From Candidatus Micrarchaeota archaeon (lineage in GTDB: Archaea; Micrarchaeota; Micrarchaeia; Anstonellales; Bilamarchaeaceae), in assembly GCA_032123335.1 (NCBI GenBank), contig JAQBFN010000044.1:1-15230 (forward strand): DNA of 15,230 nt, given 5' to 3'. The notes below the pieces were generated by a model. It made no database searches and was not told the DNA's origin. It was given only the letters and a program-made list of their open reading frames with translations. Within the stretch, counting starts at the first letter, position 1; every line of letters begins with the position of its first letter. Of the stretch, positions 9,319 through 15,230 are shown in pieces. The translations under genes and the position numbers were made by a program.

Positions 9319-9594
9319 TTATGCCACCTTATCCAGATTTTTCGGCTTTCCACTCTCCAGCGCCTTCCTCAAATCGGTTGCCCATTTTGCGGCTTCAGGC
9401 AGTTTCTTCACTTCATCAGCACTAAGCTCCTTATCATTTTTTTCGAATGTGACAACCCTCTTCAGCAGCATTCTCTGGTCCATTTTCGCATCAACAAGCT
9501 TTTCAATCCCTGCAATGACCACATTCAGGTCCCCCATCCTCTCATCAGAAATCTCCTTTTTTTCCCTCCCTTTCTTTGCAATCCGGCCTGCCAT
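9319..9594 (-). CDS. Hypothetical charged helical protein, 91 aa
   Basis: ORF preceded by SD-like GGTG (aagatGGTGttgacATG) and directly coupled to the 115-aa ORF. Confidence 0.65.
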   Translation of the reverse strand: MAGRIAKKGREKKEISDERMGDLNVVIAGIEKLVDAKMDQRMLLKRVVTFEKNDKELSADEVKKLPEAAKWATDLRKALESGKPKNLDKVA

Positions 9595-9668
9595 GTCAAC
9601 ACCATCTTACTAATACTATCCCGTTCATTATTTTTATTTGTTTGTAAATTCCAATGAATTTCCAAAGC

Positions 9669-9776
9669 TGACAAAATCTGAGTAATCTCTGTGTGATCTT
9701 CGATCACATCTCTTCAGCAAAGCTGAAGATTCGATTATTTCTGTTGAGCAAGGTTCAACATTTATCAAATTTGTCA
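9669..9776. other. Multi-hairpin structured element (candidate ncRNA or non-autonomous palindromic element)
   Basis: Terminal TGACAAA/TTTGTCA inverted repeat enclosing three 8-bp hairpins with 3-nt loops (9691-9709, 9711-9729, 9742-9760) and an internal stem 9680-9687/9733-9740. Confidence 0.6.
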
Positions 9777-10055
9777 TTCCTTTTCCTTTCTCCCAATGCT
9801 CAAATTCACGTCCGGAATAATCTCCATCCACGTGTTGTTCATGTACTGCCAGAGGGTTCCCATTGTAGAATCATAAACCAGGTTCCTCTGGTTTGCAGTC
9901 TCTTTGGGCCTGTCTATCTCAATCAGCGGAAACCTGCCCATCCACCTTATCCTGTCCCGGAAAACGTTCCTCTCCACAGTATACATGACCCCCTTTTCCC
10001 TTTTCACTTCCTCACACCACTTTTTTATCTCTTCAATTTCCTCTTTAGTAGTCAT
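9774..10055 (-). CDS. Hypothetical protein, 93 aa
   Basis: Protein-like ORF translationally coupled (ATGA overlap) to the upstream GTPase; G-rich codon usage like other minus-strand genes here. Confidence 0.75.
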   Translation of the reverse strand: MTTKEEIEEIKKWCEEVKREKGVMYTVERNVFRDRIRWMGRFPLIEIDRPKETANQRNLVYDSTMGTLWQYMNNTWMEIIPDVNLSIGRKEKE

Positions 10056-11131
10056 TTCTTCACCACATAAATAATATCTTCATTCTGGAGCAGGTGCACC
10101 AACCCTACCCTCTGCCCCGGAAACTTCACGCTTTTCCCCCACACAAGCGCATACTTGAAATTTTTCCTGTAATCCCTCGGCATTTTTTTCACAAAATCCC
10201 CAACTGTGTTCCCCTCCTTCATCATCATCGGCTCCTCCCTGTCTACTCCCCGTGTCCGTGTTTTAGTGTAAACCTGCATAAACCTGAGTTCCCTGTATAT
10301 TTTTTCCCTGAGCTCTTCCAGCCCCTCCCCCGAATCCGCAGCAATTGCAAGCGCTCCCGCAGGGTACCCCTTTGGCATCCCCCCCGTCAAATCCGTCTTG
10401 TTAACCACAACCACCTTTTCCACATAAATCCTGTTCCTCTCCAGCACATCAATAAGCTGCTCCCCATCAATATTCTCCTTCACCGTAATGGTTGCATTAT
10501 GCACCCCATACTCATTCAGTATCGCAATAATCTCCTGCTTGCTTATTCGAGTGAGTTTCCTCGCAGTAATTATGTGCACCCCTCCCTTTATTTCCCGCTT
10601 TATGTCTACGTTTGGGGGCTTCATTCCCATCCGTATCCCAAAATTCCCCAGTTCCCTAACTATAACTTCATACTGTCCCTTCTTCGTCGCTTCCAGCATA
10701 ATCAAAATCAAATCCGCTTTCCTCGCAACCGAAAGCACTTCCCTCCCCCTTCCCTTTCCTTCCCGTGCCCCCGCAATAATTCCCGGAATATCCAGGATCT
10801 GCATCTGCGCCCCCTTATATTTCATAATCCCCGGAATGCACTCCAGTGTAGTAAACTCATATGCAGCAACCTTGCTTTTCGCATCAGTAATCTTGGAAAT
10901 AAGCGTGGATTTCCCGACGCTCGGGAACCCCACTATAACAACCGTTGCATCCCCCTGCTTCTTGATATCATACCCGCTTCCCCCACCCTTCTTTGAAGCT
11001 TTATCAAGAACATCACGCTGCAGTCTCGCCCTCCTCGCCAGCAGTAGGCCTATATGGTGCTCAGTCCCCTTGTGCCGTTTGGTATTGGCGAGCTCCTCTG
11101 TAATCGCCTTTATCCTATCCTCTGCTCCCAT
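10052..11131 (-). CDS. DRG/Rbg1-family (OBG superfamily) GTPase with C-terminal TGS domain
   Basis: G1 GFPSVGKS, G2 YEFTT, G3 DIPG, G4 NKTD; N-terminal K.TE.HIG.L; TGS-like FKYALVWGKSVKFPGQRVGL.H.L..ED. Confidence 0.95.
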   Translation of the reverse strand: MGAEDRIKAITEELANTKRHKGTEHHIGLLLARRARLQRDVLDKASKKGGGSGYDIKKQGDATVVIVGFPSVGKSTLISKITDAKSKVAAYEFTTLECIPGIMKYKGAQMQILDIPGIIAGAREGKGRGREVLSVARKADLILIMLEATKKGQYEVIVRELGNFGIRMGMKPPNVDIKREIKGGVHIITARKLTRISKQEIIAILNEYGVHNATITVKENIDGEQLIDVLERNRIYVEKVVVVNKTDLTGGMPKGYPAGALAIAADSGEGLEELREKIYRELRFMQVYTKTRTRGVDREEPMMMKEGNTVGDFVKKMPRDYRKNFKYALVWGKSVKFPGQRVGLVHLLQNEDIIYVVKK

Positions 11132-11156
11132 CTTACTCTAGTTTGATTAGATACCC

Positions 11157-11164
11157 TTTTTATA
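11157..11164 (-). promoter_or_regulatory. TATA box for the DRG GTPase operon (possibly bidirectional)
   Basis: TATAAAAA on the minus strand, 25 nt upstream of the ATG at 11131; reads TTTTTATA on the plus strand. Confidence 0.55.
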
Positions 11165-11331
11165 TTGTTTTTTTGTGCCGAGGATACTGCCGGGGTTCAA
11201 TCTAGCATGATAATCCGGATCGAGTGAATCCTTTGGCTCCAGATCTTCTGAATCTGACATAAATTTAGTGGAAACACTGGAAACATCCTGCTTCTTCCAT
11301 TACATAAATCTAAATTAAGAAATCAAATTCA

Positions 11332-12459
11332 ATGCGCATAAAAACAATGAAAATAAAGTTGGGCCCTCTCACTTCAAAGAAGAGAAAACTCCTAGAAACA
11401 GAGATTGAAAACTTCAACAAAAACTTAAGAGGAGAAAAAGCACCATTGTATTCAGCAACATTACGACACACAACAAGATACTACCAAAAGGGAAGAATAA
11501 AGAAAAACAAGACCTATCCCCTATCACTAAGAAACGACGTATTCAAGCTCCTAACAACCAAAAACAAAAGATACAAACATTTCTTTAAAATTCCAATATA
11601 CGGGGTTTGGGGAGGGATACTTGCACCCCTCCACACAACCGATTATCACATACCCATACTAAACAATTCAGATTCATTTGGAGACTCAAAAATAACAAAA
11701 CAGGGAAAAGACTTCTTTCTGCACCTAACCTGCAGAAAAAAGAAAAAGAAGGTAACAATACACAAAAATTCCATTCCAATAGCTGTGGACCTAGGCGAGA
11801 GGAATGCTGCAGTTTCCGTGACTCTGCAAAATTCTACAATGAACCCACTATTCCACGGAGGAAAAACCTTGAGAAAAATAAGAGCCCACCACAGAAGATT
11901 GAGAACAGCACTGGGAAAGAAGAAACTCCTGAAAAAGATAAAACAAATTGCACAAAAGGAGCAAAGGGCAGTAAATGCGGTGTTACATACGATAAGCAAA
12001 GACCTGGTAACCCACGCACAAAACCTCAAAAATGCAGGAAAACACCCAGTAATCTTGTTAGGAGACCTCAAACACATAAGAAAAGCAGCAGAAAAAAAAG
12101 GAAGGAAAATGAGGAGAATAATCAACCAGTGGCCTTTCTATAAACTCCAGCAATACATCACCTACAAAGCTATTAGTGCAGGAATACCCGTAGCTTTAAT
12201 AGACGAAAGAAACACTTCCAAAACCTGCCACAGGTGCAAGTGCAAAGGAACAAGAAAGAAGGGGCTCTTCAAATGCAAAAACTGTGGGCTAGAATACAAT
12301 GCAGACATTAATGGCGCAATAAATATTGGCCATAGGTTCCTTGGCTATATGCTTGGGAACAGAGCGACCATGACTTCGCTCCAGAGCGGTGCAGTGAAAT
12401 TTGTTTGTACGACACCGCAACCTTCAAATGTCCAACCGTGTGGAAACCCAGCATTTTAG
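11332..12459 (+). CDS. tnpB: TnpB RNA-guided endonuclease with rearranged RuvC-II
   Basis: RuvC-I AVDLG (D153), LLGDL in place of the canonical xEDL (G244), IDERNTSKTC (E292), zinc finger C299/C302/C315/C318 and RuvC-III NADINGAINI (D325). Confidence 0.93.
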   Translation: MRIKTMKIKLGPLTSKKRKLLETEIENFNKNLRGEKAPLYSATLRHTTRYYQKGRIKKNKTYPLSLRNDVFKLLTTKNKRYKHFFKIPIYGVWGGILAPLHTTDYHIPILNNSDSFGDSKITKQGKDFFLHLTCRKKKKKVTIHKNSIPIAVDLGERNAAVSVTLQNSTMNPLFHGGKTLRKIRAHHRRLRTALGKKKLLKKIKQIAQKEQRAVNAVLHTISKDLVTHAQNLKNAGKHPVILLGDLKHIRKAAEKKGRKMRRIINQWPFYKLQQYITYKAISAGIPVALIDERNTSKTCHRCKCKGTRKKGLFKCKNCGLEYNADINGAINIGHRFLGYMLGNRATMTSLQSGAVKFVCTTPQPSNVQPCGNPAF

Positions 12460-12495
12460 TGTTGGGAGGATGTCATTAGATAATCTTTTATATTT
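12336..12495 (+). ncRNA. Predicted TnpB omega/reRNA (scaffold to about 12476, guide about 12477-12495)
   Basis: Hairpins at 12336-12360, 12362-12381 (loop CCATGACT), 12386-12418 (GCGGTG/CACCGC) and 12447-12466 (CCCAGCAT-TTTA-GTGTTGGG). Loop ATGAC (12370-12374) is complementary to terminal GTCAT (12472-12476), the expected pseudoknot. The 5' end is approximate. Confidence 0.75.
12486..12493 (+). promoter_or_regulatory. TATA box for the secretion-type ATPase
   Basis: TTTTATAT 21 nt upstream of the ATG at 12515. Confidence 0.55.
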
Positions 12496-12514
12496 CCTCC
12501 TACAATCCCCTCCC

Positions 12515-14905
12515 ATGTGCAATGTAGTTCTTGAAGGGACCAGGGCAGTCCTCGATATGGCCAAGTGCCCATTTGAATTCGCATCCGCAGAATTTATCAA
12601 CTACCATCTCAAAGACCTCTCCACAATAGATGCTCCAATCACAACCCTCCGCTACGAAGAGGAAATCATGATTGAGTTGGATGAAAAACAAACCGCACTC
12701 CTCATCGAATATGCTTCCGTAATCAAGCAGGTTGAAGCCCTCCTACTGCGCCGCGACATCTACGGCCTTGAGCAGGACGAGCAATATGCAAAGCGCCGCC
12801 GCCTTATCCGGGAATTCTATGAATACATGTTCATGAACCCCATCATCGCGGCCAATAAGCTCAGGGACTACAATGATCCCGAGCCAGAGCGCTCAGTATT
12901 CATGAAAGGCCACCAGACCTTCAAGGCATGGGTAAATGGAATCCTCAAGCGCTTCACAAGCACCGCACTATATAAGCTCACAAAGGAAACCGGAGACATC
13001 CGCACCGCATTCCTTTCCCTCACCGGGCTCAAATCCCTCTACTTCGTCCAGTCCCTCGTGCTGAATATGCCCCCTGGTGCAAAGCCCCTGGATGACCCTG
13101 ACGCCACCTATGATGTCGGCTTCGGAATCCAGGTCCAGCTCTACGAAGTCCCCGGTTCCGACGCTTATCTCTATGTGCAGGAAAACAAGCTCATAAACAA
13201 TCTCCCCAAGCCGCTTGGAATAATGCTCAAGCGCACAATTGATGAGCAGATGAAAGAGGTTTTCCAGGCAGAAAAATACGATATCCTTTTCCAGCTCAAA
13301 ACAAGGGAATACCGCCAGCACTTCATGGATGAAGCAATAAAGCAAAACATCCCAATCACCCCCCAGCAGGCAATGGCCATGGGCCGTGAAGCCTCCTCCT
13401 GGGTAGTCGGCCTTGGTGAGCCGATCGAAAACCTCGCACTCGACCGCAAAAACGTAACCGACATCTACATTGATTCCGAGGACTCACCTCTCTACATAGA
13501 GCACGCAAAATTCGGGATTTGCCACACCCTTTACCGCTACAACCGCGACCTCCTCCTCCGTGCCTTCCGCAACATCGTTCTCTCCGAAAAAGGCAAGAAA
13601 TTCGATGACCTCCACCCAGTAGTGGACGTGGTTGTAAAGCGCCACTCAATGCGTTGCCACCTCCAGCGCCCCCCGGCAACTTTCCGCGAGCTCCAGGGCG
13701 CCCTCCGCATAATGCAGGAAGAACCCTTCACCTACCCCCAGTACCTCTTTTTCCGCTCATTCAGCCCGTTCTTCTGCGGCTACGATGACGTCATGGCCAC
13801 CCTGGGCTGCAGCGAAGCAGTCCTCGGCCTCAAAGGTGTGGGTAAAACCGCCTTCACTTCTGCCAAGATTGCCGCAATTGGAACCAAGAAGCGCATTATT
13901 CCAATCCAGGATATTGAGGAAATCCCTGTACGCGCCTTCCGGAAGCGCGGCTTCCACATAGGCGCAGCAAAGGTAAAATCAAGCGTAAGCGAGGACGTAG
14001 GTGCCCCCACAGGAGAACTTGACCTTGTTGCAATGGCCAACGCCCTCCTCAGGATGGGTGACGCCGCCCTCATCATCAACGAAATCCGCTCAAGGATTGC
14101 AGTCCAGGGTGTAATCAACCTCCTCAACACCCAGCCGGGTGTATTCCTTCTCTACAACCTTCACGCAGAATCACTGAGGGATGTGCAGGACCGCCTTGAG
14201 CTCGTATTCGGAATCCCAGGGGCAAGCATGTACGCCACCGACCGTTACTCGTTCCTTAAGAAAATCCGCTTCGGGCGAAAAGGCCGCGTATACAGGGTCC
14301 TTGGCTACGAATTCGAATCCGACCCTGAAAACCGCCGCTTTGAAGAGGTATTCAAATACCGCAGGGGCCCCAACATAGACGAATGCTTCCTTGAAGCCAA
14401 GTTTATCCGCAACCCTGAAGCAGAGATGTACGACTTCACGAAACTGGACCTCGCCAAGCTCGAAAAGGAGCTTGACATCGAATTCATCCCCCCTGTCCTT
14501 GCAAAGAGATGCAGTGAAACCGGAATTTCCCCAGAGCAGTACATCCTCCAGGCATTCCTCAAGGGAAAGATGTATGACAGGATTTACCGCCTCAGCATTG
14601 AGCACAACGACCCAATTCTCCGCGATCTCGATTTCGTAGTAAAGGTAAACACGGATGTAAACCGCATGCTCGGGGAAATCGAGAATGAAAGCGGGATAGT
14701 GGAATACGGTCGAGCCCAGAAAGAAATGGAAAAAATAATCCAGGGCCTCCTGGTGGAAGAATTCAAGCTCAGGAAACTAAATGCAAAAGCCCGCGGGGAA
14801 ACAGTTCCTGAAACTCCCCCCACAGAAGAGGAAATCCCGCCCATTATTGCTTCTGAAGAGCGAAAAGATTCAATAGAAGACGAGAAGAAGCCTAAGAAGA
14901 AATAG
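12515..14905 (+). CDS. Divergent VirB11/CpaF/FlaI-family (type II/IV secretion, type IV pilus assembly) ATPase, 796 aa
   Basis: GLGEPIENL..D.NVTDIYI (N2-domain start), Walker A GLKGVGKT, Asp-box-like IQDIEEI, ALLRMGD..LIINEIR (Walker B region) and His-box NLHAES. Start moved to 12515 because 12401 lies inside the IS end. Confidence 0.8.
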   Translation: MCNVVLEGTRAVLDMAKCPFEFASAEFINYHLKDLSTIDAPITTLRYEEEIMIELDEKQTALLIEYASVIKQVEALLLRRDIYGLEQDEQYAKRRRLIREFYEYMFMNPIIAANKLRDYNDPEPERSVFMKGHQTFKAWVNGILKRFTSTALYKLTKETGDIRTAFLSLTGLKSLYFVQSLVLNMPPGAKPLDDPDATYDVGFGIQVQLYEVPGSDAYLYVQENKLINNLPKPLGIMLKRTIDEQMKEVFQAEKYDILFQLKTREYRQHFMDEAIKQNIPITPQQAMAMGREASSWVVGLGEPIENLALDRKNVTDIYIDSEDSPLYIEHAKFGICHTLYRYNRDLLLRAFRNIVLSEKGKKFDDLHPVVDVVVKRHSMRCHLQRPPATFRELQGALRIMQEEPFTYPQYLFFRSFSPFFCGYDDVMATLGCSEAVLGLKGVGKTAFTSAKIAAIGTKKRIIPIQDIEEIPVRAFRKRGFHIGAAKVKSSVSEDVGAPTGELDLVAMANALLRMGDAALIINEIRSRIAVQGVINLLNTQPGVFLLYNLHAESLRDVQDRLELVFGIPGASMYATDRYSFLKKIRFGRKGRVYRVLGYEFESDPENRRFEEVFKYRRGPNIDECFLEAKFIRNPEAEMYDFTKLDLAKLEKELDIEFIPPVLAKRCSETGISPEQYILQAFLKGKMYDRIYRLSIEHNDPILRDLDFVVKVNTDVNRMLGEIENESGIVEYGRAQKEMEKIIQGLLVEEFKLRKLNAKARGETVPETPPTEEEIPPIIASEERKDSIEDEKKPKKK

Positions 14906-15230
14906 TGTTTCCCATCTCTTTAACCAGGATCTTGTGCACTCCGCTCCCATATTGGAATGCCTTCTTTTTTCTTTTCACTGCAGCCTCAGGCACGCCCAAA
15001 AAGTGCGCAGCCTCCCGCAGCAACCCCTTCTTCAGTTCCCTATCCTCCATCCTCACCGCCACCGGAACCGCAAACACCTCCTTCGCAATCCTCTTGCTAT
15101 AGAACGGAAATCTCGCTTCTACCCCCACTTTCCTTGCAACTTTCTTTATCATCCCGATATCCCGGTTCTTCAGTGTTTCAAATTCATCCTTAAGTATCCC
15201 GTCCAGATCCTTCCCCTCATTCCAATAGGT
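14892..15230 (-). CDS. Asparagine synthetase-like (AsnB synthetase domain) protein, 3' part
   Basis: Frame open from the window end: TYWNEGKDLDGILKDEFETLKNRDIGMIKKV...VEARFPFY...K.LLREAA..LGVP....R.KKAFQYGSG, typical of the AsnB C-terminus. Confidence 0.85.
   Translation of the reverse strand, partial: TYWNEGKDLDGILKDEFETLKNRDIGMIKKVARKVGVEARFPFYSKRIAKEVFAVPVAVRMEDRELKKGLLREAAHFLGVPEAAVKRKKKAFQYGSGVHKILVKEMGNTISS

Larger units (their letters stand above)
11148..12476 (+). mobile_element. IS200/IS605-family (IS1341-like, tnpB-only) element; right end well defined, left boundary uncertain (11148 if TTGAT is the TAM, otherwise as far right as about 11260-11330)
   Basis: tnpB plus a typical right-end hairpin followed by GGAGGATGTCA; no tnpA in the window; the gene is more A-rich than its neighbours. 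Confidence 0.7.

Noticed and set aside
9680..9730. Hammerhead ribozyme (CUGAAGA on both strands)
   Set aside because: CTGAAGA is part of a palindromic stem, and no correctly placed GAAA or stem I/III context was found.
9760..9776. Selenocysteine or readthrough at the TGA followed by a structure
   Set aside because: The frame meets TGA TAA two codons later, so there is nothing to read into.
10094..11141. Long plus-strand ORFs (300 aa and 217 aa) and other antisense ORFs in the track
   Set aside because: They shadow well-supported genes, have skew-driven P/H/L-rich composition and show no motifs.
11189..11205. tRNA fragment (GGGGTTCAATC, T-loop-like)
   Set aside because: No complementary T-stem 3' side, acceptor stem or anticodon arm.
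12052..12072. Nuclease-dead TnpB (TldR) call based on the missing RuvC-II Glu
   Set aside because: A compensating Glu in DERNTS matches the known rearranged active site, and both Asp residues are intact.
11332..12495. Cas12f/Cas14 CRISPR system
   Set aside because: No repeat-spacer array or cas1/cas2/cas4 in the window, and the 3' end is a typical IS200/IS605 right end, so TnpB fits better.

Overview
Gene-dense archaeal window, probably from a DPANN/Micrarchaeota-like genome; the lineage is inferred from gene content, TATA-box promoters with leaderless starts and compact spacing. In order: 5' part of deoxyhypusine synthase (minus); HTH regulator, HMG-CoA synthase, acetoacetyl-CoA thiolase, DUF35 scaffold and Pus10 (operon-like, plus); a compositionally atypical pentein-fold (arginine/agmatine deiminase-like) gene; an A24 prepilin peptidase; CTP synthase; three small hypothetical genes and a DRG-family GTPase (minus), interrupted by a ~108-nt multi-hairpin element; a solo compact IS200/IS605-type TnpB with a rearranged RuvC site and a recognisable right end/omega-RNA; a large divergent VirB11/FlaI-like ATPase; and the 3' end of an asparagine-synthetase-like gene (minus). 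Three signals stand out. (1) The predicted TnpB guide partially matches a TTGAT-preceded site over the TATA box on the other side of the element. (2) An unexplained structured element of three uniform 19-nt hairpins. (3) An apparently foreign PAD-like enzyme.
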